Source of the DNA: Dipteris shenzhenensis
Taxonomy: Eukaryota
DNA: 64,000 nt
Reading direction: 5' to 3' (one strand)
NCBI GenBank assembly: GCA_047967505.1
Contig: CM106538.1
Shown: in pieces, positions 13,331-25,540 of the stretch
Layout: each line of letters starts with the position of its first letter
Position numbering within the stretch: position 1 is the stretch's first letter
Made by a program: the position numbers and the translations under genes
The notes under the pieces: model-generated
What the model was told of the DNA's origin: nothing
The model's input: the letters and a program-made list of their open reading frames with translations, nothing else
Database searches by the model: none

Positions 13331-13494
13331 CTATAAACTAAAATTTAAATAAATTTTCACAAAAAAAAAATGCTACATAAAAAAAACCTTACCTGGACTC
13401 TCCGTCCATCTCTGTCGTTGTCAGTCAGTCGCTCTCCGTCACTGGCTCAATTCCGTCGACCTCCCGTAAATCCATCGATTTTGATGAGGAGGAG

Positions 13495-14152
13495 CTCGAT
13501 CAAGGTATGAAGAATGAGGGGGGGTCCCTCTCTTTATATACGAAAATTTAGGGTTTCCCTACCTCGATCGAGGTATTTCACATGCAACATACATAGCGAT
13601 ACATATACCTCGATTGAGGTCTATACATGCCACGATACCTCGATCGAGGTATTTTACATGCCACATATACATCGCTCCGTCATACCTCTATACCTCGATC
13701 GAGGTATTTGACATGCCACATACACATCGGTCCATCTACATCGATCGAGGTATGGACCTACCACGATACCTCGATCGAGGTATGTCAGCAGCCAACCAGA
13801 TGCCACATACCTCGATCGACGTATTGGACACGCGGCCAAGTCATCGGTCCAGCATACCTCGATCGAGGTATGTCAACTGCCCTGTCGAATGGTTTTTACC
13901 TTGATCGAGGTATATGACACGATCGAGATCAAGGTATGTGGACTTGCCAATACCTCGATCGAGGTATAGCTGGATTGCCACGATACCTCGAACGACGTAT
14001 AGGTGGCTTGTATAGGTGGCATGCCATGAGACCTCGATCGAGGTATAGGCTCGGTTCGGTGAAAAAAGTCCAGGATCTTGATCGAGGTATTGGCTTGGCT
14101 CGGTTGTCCTCATGTGTGATTTTCATTGGATATAATACCTCGATTGAGGTAT
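13495..14152. repeat. Right array of palindrome TACCTCGATCGAGGTA, ~16 copies with variable spacers
   Basis: Copies for example at 13560, 13606, 13636, 13691, 13766, 13855, 13951, 14031 and 14136. Many variants are CpG-type transitions. Confidence 0.92.
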
Positions 14153-15044
14153 TGCAGACCGAAGCAAAACCTTTGTATTTTCACTGGAGCAGGTGTCACA
14201 CTCACCCGAAAGTGGTCCGGAAGTGGACACCCCTTAGCTTGCTACCTCCCTAATTTGCCATAAAAAATTCTACTTCCTCACCCTTTTTGGAAATCTCAAC
14301 ATGTATTTCTTGGGCCTTTTCTACTGCTGCTATACTGCCACAAGCTTTCTAGCTACAAATAGCTATGAGGGCATCTAGAGAGATGTCCTCTAGTTGTAAC
14401 TATACAAAATAGTTCACAGTGCTTCCTTTCCAAGCCCAATTTAGCATATCTTGAAATAAGTGTGTTCTATGAGACTACACCTTGAACTAGCAACCTATCA
14501 AACACTTCCTATGCTTTTGAAAGCAAGCCATATTAGGGCCATATTTTGCATACATATCATTCAAAATGTTGCCCAAAAACAACTCTCTTTCTAACCCCTT
14601 TCTAGAAATTTCACCACATTTTTTTATGCCCTTGTATATAACACTATGATGCCACAAGCTTTCAAGGTGCAAGCAAAATGCAAGGGTGTATAATGATATG
14701 CCCTTCAGCTGCATTTATTTGAATCAATTCGGTGCTTTCTCACCAAGCTTATGCTCTATATATCCTGCAATAAGTGCAATCCAAGAGACTACATTGTGAA
14801 TTGGTAAACTTGTCAAACACCTTCCATGCTTTTGCAAGAAATCATATCAACCAAGGTGCCTTAAGGGTGCTTTACAATCCCTGTTTGACAATTTCAACAT
14901 ATAATTATATGCCCTTGTCTACCACTCCTATGCTACAACACCATTTCAGGTAGCAAACAAATGAGGTAGTATTCAGACAGAGAGACACCATTAAATTACA
15001 TCCGCTTAAAACAATTCAGTGCTTCCTTACCAAGCCCATGTTCA

Positions 15045-18000
15045 AAGTTTCTTACAATTAGTGCATTCCATAAAAAGCTGTCTTCAACTAGTAGTTTGCC
15101 AAATACTTACCATGCTTTTGCAAGTGAACCACATGTGGCATATTAGCAAGATCTAGTTCCAACCCCTTTCTAGCAATGTCATGTATTTATTTTTTCATGG
15201 CCCTTGCCTATGCGTCCTATGCTACCACAAGCTTTCAAGCTGGACATAGATGTCATGGCATTTGGAGAGAACACCCTCCAGTTGCATCTACTCAAAAAAA
15301 TTTAGTGCTTCCTTACCATGCCTTATTTTCAGCCTTTTTTCAGCAATCCTACCATTAGACAATTCCATGACACCACATCTTGACCTAGAAGCTTTGCCAA
15401 ACACTTCCCATGCTTTTGTAAGTGAGCAAGTGAGCCACACATGGCATACATATCAGTGAAGGTACTGCCAACAACAAAATCTCTTCTAGCCTCATTCTAG
15501 CAATCTCATCAGGTATTGCTTAACTATTTTCTACCACTCCTATGTTGCCACAAGCTTTGAAGCTAGAGACAAATATGACATCATTTGTGGGGATGCCCAA
15601 CATTGCATCTGTTTACAATAGTTCAGTGCTTCCTCACCAAGTCCATTGCAAACAAGGTGCCACCAATAAAATGGCCTATCTCCAACCCCTTCCTAGTGAT
15701 CTCAGTGTGTATTTGTCTGCCCTTGTCTATGGCTCCTATCCTACCATAAGCTTTTAAGCTATAAACAAATGTAATAGTATGTGGAGAGATGCCCTCTAGT
15801 TGCATTTGTTCAAAATAGCTCAATGCTTCCTTACCAACCCCATGTTCAACATACCCTACAATTAGCACAATCCTGGAAACTACATTGTGAACTAGTAGCT
15901 TGTCCAACAATGCCCATGCTTTTGCAAGCAAGCCACATTTGGCATACATATTGACCAAAGTGCTACCAATAAATAGGTCTCTTTTCAAACCATTTTTGGG
16001 AATCTCAGCATAAATTTCTTAGGCCCCTTCTTAATTTTTTAGTAAACAAAAAATACTAAACAAAATAGCACAAGACACCAAAATACCAAAAGACATACAT
16101 GCAATTGACTCAAAAAGTTGGTGGCCAAAATCACGAACTAGATCAACATGAAAAGGCCTATAACTATTTTTACATTAAAAAAAGTACAAGCTTGGCACAT
16201 GCCTCTCAAAAATTGATGCATCACAAGACAACCCAATTATAAATTACTAAAATACAACAAAATGTTAGAACCTATCAAGTGAGGGCCTGATATATTGTGT
16301 GAATATGATAGTCAAACCAACCTTTCAACCAAACAAATCCCCTGCTTTGCCATAACATACATGATAGTCAAACCAACCTTTCAACCAAACAAATCCCTTG
16401 CTTTGCCATAACATACATTAAAAAAACTTGTGTGAGTATAAATCATCTTTAATTATATGGAGAGGATATACAAGTGAGTTAGCACAGAGACTATCTCATA
16501 ATATAAATGCTGTAGATAAGCTCTGAGCCAATTTTGTAGTGCTTGGCAAGCACACCAGCACATCCATTTCAGCACACCTAACATAACATAAATGTTGTAA
16601 ACAAGCCGTCATCCAATTTCGTAATGCTTAGCAAGCACACCAGCACATCTATTTCAGTCATAGTAACATCACAATACTTCTAAAAATTTTGAATGACTTT
16701 AATAGCTACATACTCCTACTCCTTACAATCCCAACATTCCAATATTCTTCCAAATGTCTCGGGATGTACGATACTATCACTTATAATCCCAATCTTACAA
16801 GTTAGCTCGTAAAATAGATGGCCAGCCATAGGTTTCCATTAAACCTAAAAATTAGATGTATTCCAGTTAAGGGGACTCTTGCACCTACTATTCTAAATAG
16901 TTGCCCCTTGAATGTGATTGCAAGGTGCTCAGTAATTTCAATCATTTTAACAAATAACACTAATGAATAAGAAGAGGTTATACTTGTGTAGAAGGCTCAC
17001 ATCATGTAACACCACTATAGCACTTGAGAAATTCCATGCCCATCCTTCTCAATAACCCCGGGGGGTTTACTATGTGAAACCCGCTATATCACATGTGTTC
17101 AAAAGAAGGGATTTAAAGTACCCCTTATACCACACCTATATGTGAAATTTTTGTAACTCCTTAAGCAAATACAATCCCTTCTATTGAACTCATGTGCTAT
17201 CTTACATATTGTTTGGTGAACTCCCGAGGTCACTAACTCCACATGAATTAATTGAATCTAAAGCCCTCACTCTCATGAACCAAACCAAACTACCCTCCTC
17301 ACAAACAAAGTAACTCAAGAAAACAGGAGACCAAACCAAGATCATTAACCAAGCTAAGAAGCAAACTCCAAGAGTGTCTTTTAAATTAATGCTATGTAGA
17401 AATCCATGTATTCCATTCAAAGAAATTTGAACAAATGCACAAAAGGAAGGAACAAGAAGCCTCGAGTCCAAACAAAGTAATGTACCTTCCACCATCTTGC
17501 TGAGAATTTTGTCTACAAGAGCCATGTGCAATAGAGACAACAATCTGAATTCAAGGTCAAATAATGAATCTTGTAATGCTCTAGTGCACAAACACTTCAA
17601 TGCAAAATGGAAGCCATACCAGATAGAGACCCTATGCTTTCCAAAAAACTTCCAATGATGATGGACAAAGAAATAGTTTCCTCGATACATCAAGCAAACC
17701 AAGGAAAAACTTAAATCTTAAGGCAACATATCACTTATCATTTTAACCTTAATCCACAAAAACAGTTCCAAGTTAAGAACAACATCTTATATTTCAAATT
17801 AGGCTACCAACATCATGCCAAAATACTCGAATTAACAAGTGGTGGCATTACAGTGAGATGTTATATTTTCTCCAAGCTCAAATGTGTAGTGCCCAACTTT
17901 CTCGTCTCATCAGGCCAAGGATGGGATTGACCTTAGGCAGATTCATATAGGGGTAAAGGGGAGCAGGACCCAATAGCATTGCCCCCCCTTTCACGCTCGT

Positions 18001-18320
18001 TCTACCCAACTGGGCCTGCACACAGCCAACAATCATCACGCTTGAAACTTTAACCACTAAAACCCTATCCACTGCCCCACTCAAGGCCTTTCATATTCCC
18101 CTTGAGGCCATGGTAGCCTTGATTAAAGAGACTAGGTCGATCAAACCATGCCGTGCAAAAGTCTTTCCTACTAGACCTAGCCAAGCTAGCTACTTGAATG
18201 ACCAAACCAAATAAATCTGCCCCTGATTCTATGAGTAGTAGAATCACTAAAAAATTAATGATTCATGAGGACTTCTGTTGACCACTAGTCAAAAGTCTAT
18301 CAAGGCAACCATGGATGGGG
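15045..18320 (-). repeat. Left arm of ~3.3-kb inverted duplication (partner 24153-27480)
   Basis: Collinear reverse-complement matches throughout, e.g. 18235-18320 vs 24153-24240, 16030-16250 vs 26275-26490, and PPR 15045-16010 vs 26510-27480. Confidence 0.9.
17057..17229. mobile_element. hAT-type MITE, copy 1
   Basis: Ends CCCGGGGGGTTTAC / GTGAACTCCCGAGG. 8-bp TSD TCAATAAC/TCACTAAC. Absent from the paralogous site in the right arm (~25570). Confidence 0.75.
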
Positions 18321-18854
18321 CCTGGGGTGCCAACTCAATATGTAGTATGTCACTACCCTCGTCCAAAGTCCAAGGTATGGGGGGACAAGGTCCATATATA
18401 ATATGGATGGATTTCCTTTAAAATCTTCAAGTATGCAAGGGAAAAACATGAAAATTTCATGTCCCCCCTCCCACAAAATATAAGGTATATACCTTTAAAA
18501 ATGTGCAAGATTTTAAGATTTGTACATATTTTTCATAATATGTGAGGCCGAAGGGGGGGGGTCTTTTGGATGAGGGAGGGTAAAACAAAAAATACACTAA
18601 AATAGGAAAACCCATCTCCTTTCAAATTAATGTAGCCTTTTCATGTGTTACCCAAATTTCAAAGTGTAAAGACATATTTGAAGCTCTTTTAGTGTCGAAC
18701 ACAACCTTGTTAACTTGAATAATTCCTACTCATGGCATATTGCTAAATTCATCTCATACTCAAGATTTTGATAGGTTTTCTTACTAAAGGGAGTTGACGC
18801 CCCAAGGGATGGGGGAAGGACGAGAATAGGGGAGCGAAGGTGGGGGGGTGGAGA

Positions 18855-19112
18855 CTCAAGGGGTGCATTACTAATAAATCCCAGGTATCACGTGCATTCA
18901 AGGGGTATTTAAAAGACCCCTCAACTAAAATTTCCCCCCCAATAAAACCACCCCTCTTTACTTATGAACTAACAAATTTTTTTCTAAATTTGAATTAAAA
19001 AACCCCTCCTATTATTGTAATCCTATTAATTTTTTTCTAGAAGTGGGATTAAAATACCCCACCTTTTGAATGCATGTGGTACACTAAAATTTTTAGAGGT
19101 GAACCCCCTGAG
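18855..19112. mobile_element. hAT-type MITE, copy 2
   Basis: Ends CTCAAGGGGTGCAT / GTGAACCCCCTGAG. Perfect 8-bp TSD GGTGGAGA at 18847-18854 and 19113-19120. Confidence 0.8.
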
Positions 19113-19279
19113 GGTGGAGACTCAATGGAGAGAGGGCTGGCAGAAGAGGGCAATAAAAGAATAAAGGCAAGGGGCAAGGTAGTAAATCATAAGAATCAAC
19201 ACCTGAGAAGTAGATGAAGCTCACAGTGACCAACAAAAACTAGACAGTTTGACAATTCATGGAGGAGATTGTCATTCCC

Positions 19280-19745
19280 TAAAAATGTATCTAATATAAA
19301 AAAACATGTGACACATGGCTCAAGGAGAAAAAAGCATTTCATTTCATGGCACCATGCTACCTACCTAAAAGGTTTGAAGTTCCTTGTATGTATATATCAC
19401 AATCACTTCCTAAGAGTATCCAAGAATAGAGTGCTTATAAGACCACAATATTTGGAGGACAAATGGGTCCCACATGGAATAAGGATTCCCATTGGATAGC
19501 TATGGGTCTCATCCACTAGCTGAGACAAGGAGAGCTACACTAGGCACAGCTAGAGAGCAGCGGATCTACAAGCTATACACATTCGAGGAGCACATTCTAT
19601 GTGCATGCCCAGTCTACGATGAGGTTCATGGACAATATCACTCCAATATTACTACCTCTTCGACAAGAGACATGGGTTTGGACTACTTTTTTAACCAATG
19701 CATTTTCATGATTCGGTGTGCCTCAACCTTTCCACGATCATAGAG
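19280..19745 (+). mobile_element. Non-LTR retrotransposon ORF2 C-terminal remnant
   Basis: SHPLAET..REQRI..EEHILCACPVYDEV resembles the C-terminal Cys/His region of LINE ORF2. Confidence 0.55.
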
Positions 19746-20855
19746 AGACTCTATTGTGATTGATCAAATAGGATGAGGTGATAGGAACACAAGAGATAAA
19801 GCTAGATCGGAGATAGTGGCATGTCATAGACTTTATCCATTTGAGTCAGCAGAGGGTACATTGGAGTGGACGAGGAAGAGCTAGCCAATGTGAGGGAAGA
19901 GTGGATTAGTAGGAAGAAGAGACAAGAAGCGATGGAGTCATAGCCACATAGATCATGCACAAAATAGAGACAAACTAGAACATGTATGATGGTCTAATCT
20001 ATCGCGCCTCTGCTCTAACTTAGACCATCAAGGTGTAGGTATCACTCTGGATATGACCTATGGAGTATAGAGATCATGGAGGCCAAGCTTCCCACAACAC
20101 TAAGAGATGCCCTAAGAGAGATATCCTCGTATCCTAGCGGAGGAGTGCCAAGGCACCAAGATCATAGTTGAGTAAATCTCGTATTTTCTCTTAGGATTTA
20201 GATTAGTTTTGAATTTTGACTTTCTTAGTATAGCACTTCATGAGCCGTTAACTCTCTCTCTCTCTCTCTCAACGTTTCCTGTCCTCTTCCGTTTTCATCC
20301 CTCTTCATTTACTCCACAACTGATAGCTGTCGCCAAATTACTTTTTTTGGTTGAGGGACAGTAAGAGACAAAGGCTCCGCGCAATATTGTGTTGGTGAGT
20401 GATTTATGCAGTGTGCTTCGAACTCGCTTCGAATGCATTTGTTTGTCAAGTGATAGAGTGGGAGAATTGTGTCGCATGAGAAAGGCTTTGACAAACCAAG
20501 TTTTACAGCAATGGAGCCCTTGTGTTAACTCAACTGGAGCCAAGATTTGAGAAGAAATAGCCATGCCGCGACATGCAAAGCTGCAGGCCTGCATCCGCAA
20601 GGGATTAAACCTGCCATGAATCGAGAGGCTGGAAGAAGCCACGACATGCACTTGCTGCGCATCTCACGATTTTGTCGAAGAAGAAAGCAATCAATCGATC
20701 CAGCATCCCTTAAACCTCTTATCAACCTCTTGGGCATTGGCAGACGGTTGGCCTCCACACACACTGAGCTTTCTCATGACCTTGATCATCTAGTTGATGA
20801 TCTCCGCCATTGTTTGAATCACAGACATTACTGCTTCTGCTCTGTCTCTTCGATG

Positions 20856-22501
20856 CTAGTATTTGAACAGCCCTCTCGTCCTCTTCCCGTGTGGAGGCTT
20901 TTGGCCTAACGGCAGATTGTGGCCCCAGCTCGTCTTTGCTCCGTGGCCTGCATAGCCTGGACACCTCATTCGAGATTCCAATAAAGAATCAAACAGTTGG
21001 GGATCGAGGACAGTTGTATCTTTCCTTTATACATAATCAAATTCAGAGCGAGCCCTATCTGTCCATTATACATAATTACCAAAAACACAGCGAGCCTTGC
21101 TGCAAATTACTGTCTGAGGATCGTGGGGATCGACTAAGAACCAAGCCCATCATTTAGCAAATTTGTCTAATGAAAACGGAGGAAGCATATGACAATAAAC
21201 ATTCGCCATACCGTAATATCTGTAGAAACCGTATCTACAATATGGAGGAAGTATATAAGCTCCTGGCCGGTCAGGCTTGCGTTGCGTGCTTTGATTCCCC
21301 GGCTTCGGCCTTTGAATTCGTTTCTGTTTCGACTTCTTATCAGGCTGGCTTGGAATAAACCTGGCAAGAAAATAAGTACATGAAAGTCTTGCAGACGAAT
21401 GCCAGCGAAAGCTACTTATTCGTAGAACGAGGGGTCTTGTGTCGTGCAGTAGAATTACGTCAAGATTGGCAACGCTCCAGTTGTCAACGGCTGAAGCTTG
21501 TCTGCAAGCCTGTTTAGAATCCATTCAAGCTGCTTCGTATCTTCTTCGATGCCTGTTGGATCTATCCTGGTCCTTTCAAGTGCAACAGTGCTTTCATCAA
21601 TAGTGGTTAGACTGTCTGCTGATGCAGGCTGGCTTACTTTTGCCTCTTCAGACTCTGAGCTCGTTTTAATAGAGTTCTTGACGCTTCGACGAGACGGCAT
21701 ATGCGCCATTTTTACCCTTTGGAGGTGAGCATCGAAGTAAGAAGAGCCAGGAGGATCAAGCCCTACTGTCAAACGACGGATACTTGTTAGACAAATGTGT
21801 CCTCCGATATGTATACGGCTTCACTGAGATGCTTATTGCGCGCGCAATGCGATCAGGTAATTTTGCGTTCGAAATCGTTCTCCTAGATTTGCCCGTTGTG
21901 CGTTCACACAATCGCTATGAAATCTCGAAATTCAGAATAACTTTACTAACCATGATCATTCACACAATCACTATGAAATCTCGAAATTCAGAATAACTTA
22001 TTTACTAACCATCATCTCTGCGCGAAGTTGGACTAACATCACGAAGTCGCATCAACGCCAGTTGGTTCCGGCAGCTGATGAGTGTTTTAGTGAGGGTCTC
22101 ACTCCGTCCGTCTCTTTTCCCTGCGAGTTTTCTCTGTTCTTCCTGCGGCAGCACTGCAGAAATTACTTAAACCAGCGTACGTTCTTTTCATGTAACCGTA
22201 AGAAACTGTCAAGCCGAGAGTCACAAGTACTTCGCAGTGCAAAAAAGCAATCCAGCGAGGCATCGCAAGGGAAAATCGTCATCGCAGAACGGCGAAGATA
22301 ACTTCGGAGGAGGGACGTAATTATCGGGTCAGTACCTCGTCCGTTAGAGCATAGAATTTTCCGTATTCCATGCTGGAAGTCTGCCATGCGAACTCCCGAG
22401 CCGTTTTCATCAGTTGGGGACGTTCTGCAGGAGGTGAGCAAATACGGTATCATGATGCAGCCATGGAGTGTTGGTGCTAGTTCTCGCATGTTAACGGCCA
22501 T
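20856..22501 (-). CDS. Putative spliced gene of unknown function (exons 22501-22336, 22153-22010, 21765-21459, 21360-21212, 20947-20856; ~285 aa)
   Basis: Four GT-AG introns (182, 244, 98, 264 bp) join stop-free exons in compatible phases. The region retains CpG, unlike the flanking repeats. No recognisable domain; 5' and last exons uncertain. Confidence 0.4.
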
Positions 22502-25222
22502 GCCCGATTGAACTGCTTGTCGTTTAGGCCTAATGGCTTAAGAAAAAATCAGATCGAGGTAGCGACGAGGAAGATCAGATGCAAGCACCTGTTGAGCAGG
22601 TGTACTTGTGGGGTGGATATTGATATTGCGAACATTCGTTCAACAGGAATGAATTTGATCGGCCACATAAATGGACGGAGTCCGATCAGCTGATGAGCAG
22701 GCCGAATTGGAAGGTTGGAAAATTGTCGTAACTGTCAAAGTGCACTGCAATAGATAGAAAGGATGGGAGGACTGAGAGCCGATCAACAACCGTACTGAAA
22801 GTGCAGAGCTAGGAGGGGGAATGGAGGTTCCGAAAATGTCCTAACTGTCGATCGAAATGCACGTTGACAGACAGAATGGACGGACTCACAGCAAACGTAT
22901 AACGATCGCAGCTCCCAAAGTCGTCGTAACGGCCATGTCAAGGCCTCATGACATTGTTGGTAGTTTGGGAGATGACATTGTTGGTAGTTTTGTGGGAAAT
23001 GAGAAATTTAAGGCTTTTTTCCCATTTTTGGCTGTTTTTTCATTTTCTATGGGAACTTAAACTTTCTATGGCAATTGGAGTGGGTGTGATCAGAAAAGGG
23101 TAAGCGGGGTTAGGGTAAGTGGCGAGGTTCACCTTATCATTTGATTGTGGTGAGGTTTAATACCACCTTAAACGACTTGGAGTTTGTTGCTTCTCTCGTG
23201 GTTCTTCATTCAATCTTCACCCTGTGGTTGCTCTGGGATTCCACATTGTGCTTGCTCTAGGTTGGTTCTTCTTTACTAATTTGTTCTTTGCTCCATGTTC
23301 ACTCTTTCAGTTGCTTGGACTTCGCTTGGGCCTTTGAGAAGCTTATTGTTGAGCGAGTGGGGCTGTGTTGGTGTATCGAAGTTCGACGATTTCTTCGACA
23401 ATGCTACAAAGTCTTTGCTTCAAAGTCTACAAGGGCAGGCATGTGTTGATAACTAAAGCGAGCACTCCAGAGTCTACTAGTATTGGTGTGAGTCAATAAC
23501 TAAAGCAAGGCAGAAGGTGTTTTCTCTCTTGATAACTCCAGGGAGCTATGTTGTCAAGGTCTTCTATGTCTACCTTCTACAAACATCTATGGTTAGATGC
23601 AACTCGTTGGCTCTTCAAGTCTGATTGTTTAATCTGATTGTTCCATGCAGATTTGTTCTTCGTTGTTCTTTGTTTAATCATGTGGCTTATTGAAAGTGTC
23701 AAATGCTTGGTCCTCTACATGTTTGGAGTGAGTGCATTTGAGAAGTTAGTCTTATGCATCATATAATGCTTGATAGTTTGCATGTTCATCTAGTGTGTTC
23801 AATCGTCTTCTACAGTGTAAATATTTTGGGCCAACATGCATGTCTTTCTAAAGTTCGAAAATAGGAGTGATTCGACTATAGTCTCGCAATGCAAGTCTAT
23901 ATCTCTACAGAAGTGAGGCAACTTGCTTTGTTTAAAAGGTGCTCTATACCTGCCTTCTGGAAGCTATTTATAGTCGTGCTTATTTCAAGCGCCCATTGCT
24001 TAGTACTCTGGATGTTTGGAGTGCAAATCAGCAAGCTATTCTTCTATAGTGTACATACTTGGCACAACATGCATGTCTTTGTCAGAATTTCAATGCATGT
24101 GAAATATCATTTCAATATGAAGATCAATAGCAAGCTCTACGACTTCGCTATTCCCCCATGCATGGCTACCTTGGTAGAGTTCGACCGGAGGTTGATAGTC
24201 ATCCTCATGAATCATTAATTTTTCTGTGATTTTGCTATGCGTAGGATCACGGGTGGAACTTTTGGTTTTTGTCCGTTTCTACAGTTAGCCTGACTACGTC
24301 TAGTAGGAAAGACTTTCTCATGGTAAGGTTTGATTTACCAAGTCTCTTTAATCAAGGCTACCATGGCCTCGAGAGGTGATATAGAAATAATGGCTAGGGT
24401 TTTAGTGGTTAAAGTTTCAAGCATGATGATCACAAATTATGTGTAGGCCAAGCTGGGCAGAACAAGCATGAAAGGAGGGGGAGACTCTACTAGAGCAGGG
24501 TCAAGCCCTACTCCCCTCTATCCCTATATAAATGGAGTTGATTTGTTGTCAATCCCATCCTTGGCATGAAGACGACAAAGATGGGCACTACATATTTGAG
24601 CTTGGAGAAAATACTACGTCTCAGTGTAATGCCACTTGTTAATCCAAGTAGTTTGGCATGATGTCGATAGCTTGATTTGAAACAATAAGTGATTTGTTGG
24701 CTTAAAATTAAAGTTTTTTCTTGGTTTGCTTGATGTATTGATGAAACTATTCCTTTGTCTATCAAGGTATAAAATTAGAACTTTTTTGGAAAGCATAGGG
24801 TCTCTGTCTAGTGTGGCTTTCATTTTGCATTGAAAGTGTTTGTGCACTACAACATTACAAGTTTCATTTTCTGACCTTGAATTCTCATTGTTGTCTCTTT
24901 TGCACATGGCTCTTGCAGACAAAATTCTCAACATGGGGGAAGGTATGTTAGTTTCTATTTTAGACTCAAGGCCATCTGTTCCTTCCTTTTGTGTGTTTTT
25001 TCAAATTGCTTTGGATGTAATACATTAATTTCTACATTATCTACAAATTGATAGAAAAATGGAGCATTAATTTAAATGACACTTGGAGTTTGCTTCATTG
25101 CCTGGCTGATCATCTTGGTTTGGTCTCTTGTTTTCTTGAGCTACTTTGTTTTGGTCCTTATAGTTATGTGAAGAGTAGTTTGGTTTGATTCATGAGTGTG
25201 AGGGCTTTATATTGAATTACTT

Positions 25223-25540
25223 TCCCTAGGCTCTAGGGCGACTGTTGCAAGGCACGCTTGTTTCTACAAGGCAAGCTTGGCCTACAAGGGTTTTTACATA
25301 TTCACTCTGCAAGGGATTCAATGGTTGTATAATCCCCCCACCTAGCTGCTCCCTAGCCGTTAGCCCCGGTACTAGAGATCCCCTAGGTAGTGAGCTGGGT
25401 TTCTCTTGGATAAGCCGATCTTTTCTTCTTTCAGCCTTTTGCAGTTATTTTCCATACTCAGCACCTTTGGGGCTGCTATTTTGTATGAAGTCTTTCAAGC
25501 ATTACTAGAAGGTTCCTTTCTTTGCAAAAAAGAAAAGAAA
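25223..25540 (+). mobile_element. Short retroposed insertion (SINE-like or LINE 3' end)
   Basis: A-rich tail AAAAAAGAAAAGAAA. ~14-bp TSD ATATTGAATTACTT (25209-25222) / AGATTCAATTACTT (25541-25554). Empty site in the left arm at ~17245-17260. Confidence 0.72.

Larger units (their letters stand above)
7749..14250 (+). mobile_element. Sola2-like DNA transposon, internally deleted
   Basis: TIRs GGGAAGTAGCAAGCTAAGGGTGTCCACTT (7749-7777) and AAGTGGACACCCCTTAGCTTGCTACCTCCC (14221-14250). 4-bp TSD TAAT at 7745-7748 and 14251-14254. DDD-type transposase inside. Confidence 0.85.
7530..16010 (-). pseudogene. PLS-class PPR pseudogene split by the Sola2-like element (segments 7530-7748 and 14255-16010)
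   Basis: Repeated GSTLVNMYAKCG / VVS..ALI.GY.EHG..EAL..FEQMQLEG.SP motifs with stops and frameshifts. One G..T.V.MYAKCG repeat is interrupted at the TAAT insertion site. Confidence 0.88.

Noticed and set aside
13495-14152. CRISPR array
   Set aside because: Eukaryotic context, no cas genes, 16-bp repeats, irregular and partly self-similar spacers, and location inside transposon termini.
18846-19125. 14-bp TSD GGGTGGAGACTCAA around the MITE
   Set aside because: Symmetric TIR placement gives an 8-bp TSD; the extra match is coincidence between the TIR start and the target.
20280-23050. Conserved MIRNA precursor
   Set aside because: No match by eye to mature miR156/160/166/171/319/390/408/535/536 and no long hairpin seen; a folding search was not possible.
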